A stretch of DNA of 64,000 bases, from the IMG/VR virus record IMGVR_UViG_3300012665_000962, positions 1-64,000 of that record. One strand, 5' to 3'. Within the stretch, counting starts at the first letter, position 1. Every line of letters starts with the position of its first letter. Shown here piece by piece: positions 44,847 to 54,855 of the stretch. The position numbers and the translations under genes were made by a program. Under the pieces are notes generated by a model, which searched no databases, had not been told where the DNA came from, and saw only the letters and a list, made by a program, of their open reading frames with translations. The DNA comes from a virus. Taxonomy: Duplodnaviria > Caudoviricetes.

Positions 44847-45809
44847 TCAAAAGAATTTAATGCGTACAGCGCCGTGACCGCCACGGCCTGCGTGATCTCT
44901 ATGATCTGGACACGGTCTTGGTGCCCATCCGCCCATGCCTGGTGGAATGTAAGGTGTACAACCCTGCATTTCATAACAGCCGCATGAACGATCTGAACGC
45001 CAGCAATAGCTATGTGGCATTCCAACTACTGGACTACGGCTTAGTGATGCTACTGCGTTCATAGACTGCATTTTGCCCTGTCCGTTCATACCGTTAGTAT
45101 GTCTATTATCATCTTCTGTTTGGTAAGCTGCTGCTCCACCGCAACAACTATAAAAGTTTGCGGGACTAGCTAGGTGGTAAGCAAAACAACAGGTACATGT
45201 TGGCTGACATCCGTTAAATGAAGTACAAGAAAATTGACCGCAACAGTTAACATCACCGCCGTAACCACAGGCAATCCAAATACCACTGAAGTAATTACAG
45301 ATCAAACCGCAGTTATCATTGTATGGTCCGCGAGCACAATATCCGTTAGCAGCAAAACAACAGTACAATGATGTGCCAGTTGAGCAGAATGAACGACCAC
45401 CTGCTCCGCCCTGAGAACACATACATCCGTTGGCACTAGCAGCACCTTGCCAGCATAAGCCTGATGGGTCTGAGCAACCACGGAAACAAATAGCATCTGC
45501 GTTACCGCAGCTAAGTCCTATAGTGCCGCAGACTGTTTTTCCTGCGCAAACCTGAATAGTACGTTTTGAGTATGCCCCGGCGTTACCAGGAAGTCCACCT
45601 CCACAGCAACACATACGGCCGCCGCTACCACCAGCACCCCACATTTCAATTACGGCTGTACCAGTTCCTGGTGCCACCCAGCAAAACCCGTTATGTAACG
45701 GAGTGTAAAATGTACCGGGAGTATATACCCAAATGCGACCTTTTTCAATATTTTCTTCTTGTCGAGCTATTGATCTTGATCTAACTAGTAATTGTAACGA
45801 CGTTGGCAT
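44847..45809 (-). CDS. Cys/Gly-rich protein, paralog 3 of 3, 320 aa (33 Cys by manual count)
   Basis: E.WGAGGS...MCCCG.G.PGN.GAYSK; C-terminal RGGHGAVRIKF. Confidence 0.8.
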   Translation of the reverse strand: MPTSLQLLVRSRSIARQEENIEKGRIWVYTPGTFYTPLHNGFCWVAPGTGTAVIEMWGAGGSGGRMCCCGGGLPGNAGAYSKRTIQVCAGKTVCGTIGLSCGNADAICFRGCSDPSGLCWQGAASANGCMCSQGGAGGRSFCSTGTSLYCCFAANGYCARGPYNDNCGLICNYFSGIWIACGYGGDVNCCGQFSCTSFNGCQPTCTCCFAYHLASPANFYSCCGGAAAYQTEDDNRHTNGMNGQGKMQSMNAVASLSRSPVVGMPHSYCWRSDRSCGCYEMQGCTPYIPPGMGGWAPRPCPDHRDHAGRGGHGAVRIKFF

Positions 45810-45822
45810 CTGTATTCTCTCT

Positions 45823-46821
45823 TTATTCTAAAAAGTTGTTTAATGTTCCAGCTGCGACAAATCGAATACGCACAGCACCATGGCCCCCACGACCCCCGTG
45901 GTCACGAACATCTGGACAGCCTTTGCCTGGTCTTCCAGGAAACCCGGGCGGCACAAATACTATACAGCCTTGGCCGTCATAGCAACCACAAGATCGTCCA
46001 CCGGTCCAGCAGTTATGTCCCATATAACCATGAGACGGGCTTTTTCCAGCAACGCCTAAACCAACTAAAAATCCATTTAACCCAGTTCCTGACCAGTTTT
46101 CAGCACCGTTGTCAGCGTCGGTGGTGTAGGTAATAACTCCGCCATCGGCAGCATATCGACCTGCTGGTATAGCATGATGATATTGGAACAAACAAGGACA
46201 TGTTGGTAAACATCCAAAAAAGCTCACGCAACTAAATCCACCAAAGCAATTGATGTCACCGCCATACGCTTGAGCACAGCAAGTACCTGTGCCTGGACCA
46301 TAATTACATATAATACCACAGCCAGCGCCGCCAATTTGTGTACCACAGAAGCTACCGTTAAGAAAACAACAGTACAACGGGGTACCAGTAGAGCAATAAC
46401 TGGTGCCACCACGGCCACCTTGAGCGCACATACAGCCGTTGGTTGTTGAACTAAACCAGCAGACCTGCGTAGATTCGGAACAGCCACGGAAGCAAAGGTC
46501 GTTGGCGTTGCCGCAGCTAAATCCCACATCACCACAGATTTTACAACCTGTAGCAGTTAAAAATGATCTTTTAGAATACGCACCTGGATTACCAGGAAGG
46601 CCAGCTCCACAACAGCACATTTTAGCACCACTTCCGCCTGCTCCCCAAAGTTCTAATGTCACGCAACCTGCGCTAGGAGCAGTCCAGCAAAATCCTGTAC
46701 AGTGTTTTGTTCTTACATTACCGTGTGTAAACGCCCAAATTCTACCCTGTTCAAGATTTTCTTCTTCGTCAGCAATAAAGTTTAATTTTGTTCTTGTTAG
46801 TGATCTAAACGACGTTGGCAT
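45823..46821 (-). CDS. Cys/Gly-rich protein, paralog 2 of 3, 332 aa (32 Cys by manual count)
   Basis: Same motif series as both neighbours. Confidence 0.8.
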   Translation of the reverse strand: MPTSFRSLTRTKLNFIADEEENLEQGRIWAFTHGNVRTKHCTGFCWTAPSAGCVTLELWGAGGSGAKMCCCGAGLPGNPGAYSKRSFLTATGCKICGDVGFSCGNANDLCFRGCSESTQVCWFSSTTNGCMCAQGGRGGTSYCSTGTPLYCCFLNGSFCGTQIGGAGCGIICNYGPGTGTCCAQAYGGDINCFGGFSCVSFFGCLPTCPCLFQYHHAIPAGRYAADGGVITYTTDADNGAENWSGTGLNGFLVGLGVAGKSPSHGYMGHNCWTGGRSCGCYDGQGCIVFVPPGFPGRPGKGCPDVRDHGGRGGHGAVRIRFVAAGTLNNFLE

Positions 46822-46822
46822 A

Positions 46823-47797
46823 TTAAATTCCTTCGATAAACTTAATTCTTATTGCGCCGTGACCACCGCGGTTACCGTTGTCTCTAACGCCTGGACATGG
46901 ATGAACAGCCATTCCTGGATGTCCTGGAGGTACGTTTGTTGAACAACCTTGGTTTTCATAACAGCCGCAACCTACACCAGCACCCCAACAGTATGCCCAT
47001 GGCACACCGCCATTGGGTTTTTTAGATAATCCATTCAGTCCTGCTTGATGTTGATGCGGTCCTTGACCTGACCAGTTTGAAAATTCATTACCGTCTTCAA
47101 CACCAAATTGAACAACACCTCCGCATTTGGCAAATTGCCCTGCTGGCGTTGCCATAAAGTATTGGAATGAGCAAGGACACTGTGGTGAGCAGCCAACAAA
47201 CAATGAACATGAAAAATGTCCGCAGCGATTAACATCGCCACCGTAGGCACAGGCAATCCAAATGCCACCAAAATAATTACAGATCAATCCGCAGTTGTCG
47301 TTGTATGGTCCAGAGAAACAGTGACTTTGGTTCACAAAGCAACAGAATAATGATGTACCGGTAGAGCACATGCTTCTACCACCAGCGCCGCCTTGAGCGC
47401 ACATACATCCGCTGGCACCGCAATTACCGTACCAATATAACCCTGTTGGATCAGAACAACCACGGAAACACATAGCATCGTTTCCACAGCTATAACCTAC
47501 CGAGCCACAGATAAAGCAACCGGCTTCCATTTTAATTGTTTTTTTAGAGTATGCTCCAGCATTGCCAGGAGTTCCACCGCCACAACAGCACATGCGACCA
47601 GTACTACCGCCAGCACCCCAAATTTCAATCACAGCAGTACCGCGGGATGGGGCAACCCAGCACATACTAAACTGTGAAAAATCGTTGCCCGGAGTATAGC
47701 TCCATACTCGACCTCTTTCTAAATTTTGTTCATCACCGTCAGTGGTGTAGAAACTATTTGTTTTGGTCCCTATCAGGCTTTTAAATGATACAGGCAT
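46823..47797 (-). CDS. Cys/Gly-rich protein, paralog 1 of 3, 324 aa (30 Cys by manual count)
   Basis: Same motif series as both neighbours. Confidence 0.8.
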   Translation of the reverse strand: MPVSFKSLIGTKTNSFYTTDGDEQNLERGRVWSYTPGNDFSQFSMCWVAPSRGTAVIEIWGAGGSTGRMCCCGGGTPGNAGAYSKKTIKMEAGCFICGSVGYSCGNDAMCFRGCSDPTGLYWYGNCGASGCMCAQGGAGGRSMCSTGTSLFCCFVNQSHCFSGPYNDNCGLICNYFGGIWIACAYGGDVNRCGHFSCSLFVGCSPQCPCSFQYFMATPAGQFAKCGGVVQFGVEDGNEFSNWSGQGPHQHQAGLNGLSKKPNGGVPWAYCWGAGVGCGCYENQGCSTNVPPGHPGMAVHPCPGVRDNGNRGGHGAIRIKFIEGI

Positions 47798-47839
47798 AGT
47801 TTTCTCGCTTCCTATTTGTTGTAAACATTAGTTTCATCA

Positions 47840-48172
47840 TTAAGCCGATGATACAATCCATCCGTAACTTGAACCTGTATATGTTAAAGTAATAATAGAT
47901 CCGTTAATGTCAATTGTTAGATCGTCAGCTACGTTTTGTATTTTTGCTCCGTTTCGAGCAACAGTAATATTATTGGTCGACGAAACACCGCCAATGTCAA
48001 TAATTTGAATTGTGTCATTCAAAAATAACGTCGATGACGACGGCAGCGTAATTGTAAACGCAGCGCCTGCCGAATTTGCTAAAATTCGATCATTAACTGA
48101 AGCATTAAAAGCACTGCTAACTTCACGTATGGTAGTGCCTGCTGTGCCAGTTGTTGTAATATATCTTCCCAT
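47840..48172 (-). CDS. Small structural-type beta protein, 110 aa
   Basis: AFTITLP, NDTIQIID, NNITVARNG.KI, TLTY.G..YGW fibre-associated pattern. Confidence 0.65.
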   Translation of the reverse strand: MGRYITTTGTAGTTIREVSSAFNASVNDRILANSAGAAFTITLPSSSTLFLNDTIQIIDIGGVSSTNNITVARNGAKIQNVADDLTIDINGSIITLTYTGSSYGWIVSSA

Positions 48173-48189
48173 TTATGTCCCCTATGGAA

Positions 48190-48195
48190 TATTTA
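48190..48195 (-). promoter_or_regulatory. Late promoter-like TAAATA
   Basis: minus aaTAAATAttccataGGGGacataaATG. Confidence 0.55.
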
Positions 48196-48197
48196 TT

Positions 48198-48518
48198 TTA
48201 AATCGTAGATGTTTCAAGTCCGAACGCCACTGCGCTAATGTTGGCTTGGTTACTATAAACCACCAAAATTTTGCCTGCGTCCATGACAATACCAGTTCTT
48301 TCAAGCACACCTTTACCTAAAAGTTCTGTGTCAAATTCTATCCATTCAGCATTTGTTGGCGTAGCAGCATTTGCCACTGCCATACGTATGTTACATGCTT
48401 GGTTAGCCCTGTTACATAGCGATACTGAAATAACCGCAAATGTATCTGAGGGGCAAGTGTATAGCGACGTGTTTGTCGCTGCTGAAAGGTCTGCTGCTCC
48501 TAATCTTCCTGTTGCCAT
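48198..48518 (-). CDS. Small structural-type protein, 106 aa, paralog of 61370-61699
   Basis: SVSLCNR...A..IR.AV...; GGAG SD. Confidence 0.7.
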   Translation of the reverse strand: MATGRLGAADLSAATNTSLYTCPSDTFAVISVSLCNRANQACNIRMAVANAATPTNAEWIEFDTELLGKGVLERTGIVMDAGKILVVYSNQANISAVAFGLETSTI

Positions 48519-48529
48519 TTAAATCTCCA

Positions 48530-51500
48530 TTATCCTTGTAAGAACAAATTCATTGCTACTGGGTATCCGTCAATTCCACGGGTAAATTCAAATTTAGTGT
48601 TAACTGTAATTTTGAATCCAGTAGTTGTTGTAATAGTTGACCCAGACACAAATACCGAACCTGCGGTAAGTGTATTTACGTTCAAAGTACTAGAACCTGA
48701 ACCAATCTGAGACGCAATATACGCCTTGATTGCTCGTTGTGTTGGAATTACACCGTCTGAATCAGCTGTAAAGAACGGATCTGTACTAAATTCAGTAATT
48801 GTTGCTCCACCAGTACCTAATTCTACAGAACCTAACTGAAGTTCTTGTAATCCAGCCAAATTAAATGCTGAAGCATTTAAACTAGCAGTACCTGTTGCTT
48901 GTTCAATAGTAAACAGATCTCCAACACGGAAGTTACCATCTTGGTCTGTTGACGTAAAGAACACACGACCCCCGCCACCCTCTACAGTTTCTGATGCTTG
49001 CACAGGATTTTGTAAAGGCAATCCAGGGTAATTAGTATTAGAAAAATTACCAGTTCCAATATCTAAAAAGTCATGTCCAGTTAAACGACATTGTGAATAA
49101 CGAATTCTTGCTTCAAGAGATTCATTATGTGCCGGAGCTTCGGATATTGTTAATGGTGGGCTAACTTGTAATCTAGCAGTATACGGGCCCGTGCCTGCTA
49201 AATTTGTAACTGTAACTAATTTGTAATAGTTATTTGGCAAGCTGGAAAATACCACATTTGAGCCTGCTACTGGTATACTAAACAAATCTTTAACATCTAC
49301 ATAACTGCCAGGTTGGAAGAAATCAGCAAAACCGTTGCCAGTAATTGTTGATGTAGCAGTTACCCATAAAGTTCCTCTATTACTAAAGGACGGATTTGCC
49401 AAAGCACCACGGCCTGTTCTTACTGTAAACGGTGCCTCAAGTGTGTTGTTAGGATCAGTGATAGTCATAGTAGGAGCACTTGCGTAACCACTACCAGGTT
49501 CTACAATTCTAATTTCTGTAATTTTTCCGTCAGTTACTGTACATCTTGCCTGTGTTGTAGCACCAGCAACTACGTATCTTCCTGTAGTGCCTGTGGTATT
49601 GCTGATCAATGCCCAACGAGGCGTCCAATTTGAATTTCCTAACGCAGGTTTAGCATAGCGTCCACTGGTTACAGTTCGTGTAGTCCACACGATACCATCG
49701 GATGAAGTCCATATTGATGTACCAGCAGAGTCAATTCTTGTGCCAAGGAATACTCCTTGACCGTAAGATACTCTGTTTGCTCCTGGAGGACTTGATACAG
49801 TGGTCCACGATGTGCCATTTGTACTGTACGCTGCTGCTGTACCTGTTGAGTTTACCGCAACAAATCTGTTGTTACCATATGCTACATTTGACCATGTAGT
49901 ACTAGCTGGTAATGTAGCAGACGCCCATGTTATACCGTCTAAACTATATGCGGCTGTGTTAGTGCCTGTTGATACAGCAACAAATTTTCCGCCGCCGTAC
50001 GTAATCGAAGTCCAACTAGTAGCAGTTGGCAAAGCGTTAGAACCGTTAGCCCATGTTGTGCCATTTATTGATACTACCGGAGTAGCAGAATCGCTGCGTA
50101 CTCCAACAAATCTTGAATTACCAAATGCTACGGCTGTGTATGTGCCAGTTTGTGGCAATGTTGCTAATGCCCATGATTCGCCGCCGTTGGTACTCGATGC
50201 TGCCGAAGTTGAACCTGAACTTGGCAATGCTACTACATATTCTGTAGAGCCAATTGTGCCAAATGCTGCGCTTGACCATGCTTGTGTTGCTGGCAAAGTA
50301 CTTGAAGTCCAGGTTTCCGCATCTCGTGAATACATTCCAGCTGCGCCACTAATCGGAACAGCTACATAATTGCCACCACGAGCAGTACCACTAACTGTAA
50401 ATCCGGTAATAGCTCCACCAGGCAAAGGTGTTGTTGTAACATTTGTTACTGTTATTGTAATATTATTAGTAGGAGCAGCACCGTTTACACTGGTGCCTGC
50501 GATTGTTAAAGTATTTCCTACAACGTATCCCGAACCACCTGAATTTAGAGTCACAGTGTACACTAAACCAATTCTTATAACATCAAACGTTGCTAAAGTT
50601 CCTGCGCCACCTGTAGCAGAAGTTGCCGGATGCGCTGATCTTGTTGGGGCATATATTACTTCATTAATTCCTACGGTTACTGGCAGTGTACTAGTAACTG
50701 TGTCAGTAAATGCCGGAGCCGTAAATGTCAATCTTGGTTCAATAACATATTGAGTCGAAGCATCTGGGGCAGTAATTGTAGTACCTGGTACACTGTGATC
50801 CCAGCCTGCTGTGCCTGTTGATTCTCTGTAAACTTGTGCTACCTTAGTACCACTGTTGTAAGAGTTAATGTAGCCAAATTGTGATTGGCCTGTGCCGCCA
50901 GTTAAAAAGATTCTCATTCCAACATACGCAGAACTTGTGTTTGCGTCCGTTGCTGCTAGAGTGATTGCTGTGCTAGATCCTGTTTGTGCTACGTTTTCAA
51001 CACTGACATAATCCTGTCCACCGAACTGTCCAGAACTATCATCTAGGTCTAACAGTCTTACTTCAAAAACTGCGTTGTCACGAACTTCGTTTCCAACTGC
51101 TTCAGCATTAATACCTGCGCCGTTAAACGTAAATGTACCTGATGTGTAGTCACTGCCCGCATTTAAAAATTCAAGACGTTGAATAGCACTGTTATTTGTT
51201 ATAACTTTTGATACGGCTGCTTCTTCAAATCTATTATTTACAGTACCAGTAATAGGAGTTTCTGTTGGATCAACCCCTTCAGACACTGTACCAAATGTAC
51301 CATATGAGCTGTTACCGTTGGTAGCACGAATCTTACCACCATTTTCTGCTAGGTAACCAATGTGTCCATAGTATGAGAACACAGAAACAAGCTCAGTTCT
51401 TGCTAAGTTTGTACACCATACACCAATACCATCTGATAATACCTGTGTAAAGTCGTTGGCAACTACAGATCTATTACCGCCAGCATGTAGATTCCCGTCA

Positions 51501-54500
51501 ATCATAAGTCCAACGCAGGCTGTACCAAATGTTGTTACGTTTTGTACATAACATGATCTTGTGGTAATCCAAGCTCGCACGTCTGCTGTGCCCCAACCTG
51601 GATCTAGAGAAACATACGCACCAGCAGTTGGTCGTCTAGTTCCGTAGGCGTTAGGAGCTCCTAGTGTTCCTGTGAGTCCTTGTACAGTACAGTTACGAAG
51701 ACCAGTACTGTTTCTTACAAAGAACATATTTTCTGATATTGAGCCAGTTACACCGTTTTTATATAATTGAGCTGTAATTAGCGTTGCGTAATTGCCTGTG
51801 TAAATTAAGTCGTATTTGAAAGCGTTTATGTATTCGCTGACATCTCTAGCACACGCAGCTAATGTATATGTGTAAGAAGGATATGTTAATGCTATGTAAG
51901 CGTGAACTTCAGCAATGATAAAGTCTTTATTAAGTTCTAATTGTCGCACAGCCGCATACACGTCATATGCTGTTACTGGAGTGTTAGTTCCAGTCATAGC
52001 AGGAGCAGATCCAATTGCGTTGATATAAAAATTAATATATGCTGTTGCGTTGGTTATTAATCCAGTTAACAGTGTTCCTTGAGTAGCAGTAGCAAACGGT
52101 TTAGTTTGACTTTGAGCCACTGTGTTAGGATTTGATCCTGTTGTTGTTTTTGCTACTGTATTACCTTGTACAATATCACTGATTATTGCGCTGATTCGTG
52201 ACAGAGCATCGAGGCTCTTAGCCACATCGCCAGTTCCAATTTGTGCTGCTGCTGGTCTAATGTTTGTTGATCGCAGTTCGTCGCCAACTACTGCTGTGTT
52301 AATAGGCACAACAATTGGCAATGTTTCGTAATATACACCAGTTTTAGCTAGAATAGTTCTTTGTGGTAGTACTTCTAATGGTAAATTTGTTGTTGTGCCA
52401 GCTAGTACGTTAACATACACTATGTCTTTTAGATCGGCTAATTGATTCAACGCATCTTGTTCAGTAGCATCAAGACCTGTTATTTGTAAAATTCTATTAC
52501 CAACTGAAATACCGTTTAATGTTTGATAATTAGCAGCAGGAGGAGTACCAGTTAACACAGCAGCAATTGCCAATGTGTTGATAGCATACTGAAGAGCCGC
52601 TACAGTTTCTTGTTGTTGTCCTAACAAATACACGTTTGGAGCATTATTAATATATTCTAATGTTGCTCTACGTGTGTTAGCATTACCGCCTTGGCGTACA
52701 TCTTTGATCAAGGCATCTAAAATATAACCAACATCTCGTTCGCATTTGGTCTTGTCGTAGGTAAAGCCAGAAACAAACGGAGAAATGTTATTTGTTCGTT
52801 GATAATCAATCCATTCAACAGTTTCTCGTTGAATAAATTGTCTATTAATTTCTAAAGCATAGGCAGCATTGGGATTTCGTGCGCCTTTTTCAATTTGCTG
52901 ACAAGCATATTGTATGGTGTTCCATGGTTTGTCTAATGTGATTCCCCATGTTGGTGCTGGACTGTCTGTACCGTTAATATCAACATAATATAATTGATCA
53001 ATAAGTCCCCAATATTTCCATTGAGGTGCCGCAGCATTGTTGACTACTAATACTTGTCCATCTGCGCCAATTGGTAATCTTGTGGGGCCTGCGCCGCCAT
53101 AATAGACTATATCGCCCTGTGTGGTTAGAACATTTGTTTCGCTACCAACTGTTAATACATTCCAGTAGGTACCAGAAATATCAACGTCCGGTCTGGTAGT
53201 TAGAGTTCCTACAGTTAATGTAGACCCGTCGTCGCCTTCTGAATGATGTGGGTTTATACAGATATAGCTGTTAGGCCCATAGCTAACAGCATCACCTAAC
53301 ACATAATCATAGTCGTCTTGCCATTGGCCAAACCAGCGGATGCCGCTGTTTAATCTTGACCAATAACTAGCATTTGGTGGTTGCGGTGTTACTGTAACAG
53401 TCATCGAACCTGTCGATGATTGAACATCAACTGGCGTTGATCCGGATTCTGTTACACGTACTGTAAATTGTGTCAGTGACGGTATTGAATTTACATAGTA
53501 AGTAACGTTGTTTTGTAAATTTCCAAATAGAGTTCCGCTGAATCGCACACTCATGCCTACTACAAATTCTGTAGTATCTGTTACTGTAATACGTTTTGTA
53601 GCAACATCTGTTGCTGTTGCTGTAGTGACTATATTTGGAACGTCAACAATGGCAGTATACGTGTATCCATTGAGTCTTACTACGTCGCCAATCTTATAAT
53701 CTAAAGAATAATTCCAATCGTTTTGTAATTTAAAACCAGTTGTAAATAAATCCCAGTTTACAGCACCAGTAGTTGGCGTTGTAGGAGCAATGCCGCTATG
53801 ATTCGTTTTAGAAATATAAGCAAAGCCGCCATAAGTGATCACATCACCTGGTTGATAGATTGTTAGTGTATTCCAAGAACTTTCAAATTCTAAACCTTCA
53901 ACAAATCTATCCCAACGTCCAGCATCTTCATCGTCTTCAAATGTGGTTGTTACACTAGAAGTATGTTTGGCTGTACATATCCAAAGACTTGCGCCATATT
54001 TTACTACATCGTTGATTTTATAATCAACATTAAAGTTATCCCAATCGCTTAGATATTCAATACCTTGATTGAAATAATCCCATTTAGATTGATCGTTTTC
54101 TAAGCCAAGAAGGAATGTTGCGGCAGAGGTATGGCCTAATTTACAAACGTATGTAGTGCCGCCAAACTTAACAACGTCATTGATTTTATATCTAGTTGAT
54201 ACAGCCCAGTCAGTTTTCCAATCAAATGCTTCGGAGTAGACATCCCATTTGGCAATATCTTCTTGAACGCCTGGTGTTATTCGACCTAGTCCTTCAAGAC
54301 CTTGAGCAACAGTAGACGCAGAAGTGTGTCCAACATTACAAAGATAGAGATTACCACCGTATTTTACAATATCGTTTTCTTTGTATCGTGTCGCTGTTGA
54401 CCAATCATTTTTCCAGTCAAAACTTTCAGCAAATTGATCCCATTTAGATAATGTACTATCACCTAAATTTAAATCAGTTTCTAGACCAAGTGTAATTGTT

Positions 54501-54802
54501 GCCGCAGAAGTATGGCCAACGGTACAGATATAAATCTGACCGCCATATTTTACTATGTCATTTTTATAGTAAACTTCGTTGGTTACCCAATCTCCGCGCC
54601 ATTCTGAACCGTCAGCAATTTGATTCCATCTTGTTGGAATATTTTCAGAATCTACATAGAAATCAGTATTGGCAGTGTGACCAATAACGCAAATAAAGAC
54701 TTTACCGTTTACTCGAACCACGTCGTCCTTGACGTAGGTGGTCCCGGCTGTCCAATTGCCTTTCCAAATAAATCGTATTCTACCTAATTTAAACTCAGCC
54801 AT
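48530..54802 (-). CDS. Giant virion/fibre protein A (~2090 aa): Trp-rich CBM-like repeats, C-x-R-D helical inserts, beta-helix-like core, Asp-box propeller
   Basis: About ten W..ST.Y..ND.V.YGG..Y.C...H.S repeats; YSLDGITW Asp-box repeats; start at ATG 54802 with GGAG SD. Confidence 0.8.
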   Translation of the reverse strand: MAEFKLGRIRFIWKGNWTAGTTYVKDDVVRVNGKVFICVIGHTANTDFYVDSENIPTRWNQIADGSEWRGDWVTNEVYYKNDIVKYGGQIYICTVGHTSAATITLGLETDLNLGDSTLSKWDQFAESFDWKNDWSTATRYKENDIVKYGGNLYLCNVGHTSASTVAQGLEGLGRITPGVQEDIAKWDVYSEAFDWKTDWAVSTRYKINDVVKFGGTTYVCKLGHTSAATFLLGLENDQSKWDYFNQGIEYLSDWDNFNVDYKINDVVKYGASLWICTAKHTSSVTTTFEDDEDAGRWDRFVEGLEFESSWNTLTIYQPGDVITYGGFAYISKTNHSGIAPTTPTTGAVNWDLFTTGFKLQNDWNYSLDYKIGDVVRLNGYTYTAIVDVPNIVTTATATDVATKRITVTDTTEFVVGMSVRFSGTLFGNLQNNVTYYVNSIPSLTQFTVRVTESGSTPVDVQSSTGSMTVTVTPQPPNASYWSRLNSGIRWFGQWQDDYDYVLGDAVSYGPNSYICINPHHSEGDDGSTLTVGTLTTRPDVDISGTYWNVLTVGSETNVLTTQGDIVYYGGAGPTRLPIGADGQVLVVNNAAAPQWKYWGLIDQLYYVDINGTDSPAPTWGITLDKPWNTIQYACQQIEKGARNPNAAYALEINRQFIQRETVEWIDYQRTNNISPFVSGFTYDKTKCERDVGYILDALIKDVRQGGNANTRRATLEYINNAPNVYLLGQQQETVAALQYAINTLAIAAVLTGTPPAANYQTLNGISVGNRILQITGLDATEQDALNQLADLKDIVYVNVLAGTTTNLPLEVLPQRTILAKTGVYYETLPIVVPINTAVVGDELRSTNIRPAAAQIGTGDVAKSLDALSRISAIISDIVQGNTVAKTTTGSNPNTVAQSQTKPFATATQGTLLTGLITNATAYINFYINAIGSAPAMTGTNTPVTAYDVYAAVRQLELNKDFIIAEVHAYIALTYPSYTYTLAACARDVSEYINAFKYDLIYTGNYATLITAQLYKNGVTGSISENMFFVRNSTGLRNCTVQGLTGTLGAPNAYGTRRPTAGAYVSLDPGWGTADVRAWITTRSCYVQNVTTFGTACVGLMIDGNLHAGGNRSVVANDFTQVLSDGIGVWCTNLARTELVSVFSYYGHIGYLAENGGKIRATNGNSSYGTFGTVSEGVDPTETPITGTVNNRFEEAAVSKVITNNSAIQRLEFLNAGSDYTSGTFTFNGAGINAEAVGNEVRDNAVFEVRLLDLDDSSGQFGGQDYVSVENVAQTGSSTAITLAATDANTSSAYVGMRIFLTGGTGQSQFGYINSYNSGTKVAQVYRESTGTAGWDHSVPGTTITAPDASTQYVIEPRLTFTAPAFTDTVTSTLPVTVGINEVIYAPTRSAHPATSATGGAGTLATFDVIRIGLVYTVTLNSGGSGYVVGNTLTIAGTSVNGAAPTNNITITVTNVTTTPLPGGAITGFTVSGTARGGNYVAVPISGAAGMYSRDAETWTSSTLPATQAWSSAAFGTIGSTEYVVALPSSGSTSAASSTNGGESWALATLPQTGTYTAVAFGNSRFVGVRSDSATPVVSINGTTWANGSNALPTATSWTSITYGGGKFVAVSTGTNTAAYSLDGITWASATLPASTTWSNVAYGNNRFVAVNSTGTAAAYSTNGTSWTTVSSPPGANRVSYGQGVFLGTRIDSAGTSIWTSSDGIVWTTRTVTSGRYAKPALGNSNWTPRWALISNTTGTTGRYVVAGATTQARCTVTDGKITEIRIVEPGSGYASAPTMTITDPNNTLEAPFTVRTGRGALANPSFSNRGTLWVTATSTITGNGFADFFQPGSYVDVKDLFSIPVAGSNVVFSSLPNNYYKLVTVTNLAGTGPYTARLQVSPPLTISEAPAHNESLEARIRYSQCRLTGHDFLDIGTGNFSNTNYPGLPLQNPVQASETVEGGGGRVFFTSTDQDGNFRVGDLFTIEQATGTASLNASAFNLAGLQELQLGSVELGTGGATITEFSTDPFFTADSDGVIPTQRAIKAYIASQIGSGSSTLNVNTLTAGSVFVSGSTITTTTGFKITVNTKFEFTRGIDGYPVAMNLFLQG
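51295..51634. repeat. Near-identical DNA blocks shared with 58755-59094 (constant offset 7460)
   Basis: 169 nt with 14 mismatches, plus a 29-nt identical block and a 34-nt block with 1 mismatch (manual alignment). Confidence 0.85.
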
Positions 54803-54828
54803 CAATCACTCCGCTTATGATGTTAGTA

Positions 54829-54834
54829 TATTTA
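54829..54834 (-). promoter_or_regulatory. Late promoter-like TAAATA
   Basis: minus gaTAAATA upstream of gene A. Confidence 0.55.
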
Positions 54835-54855
54835 TCCATACCCTAAAACTGCCCT

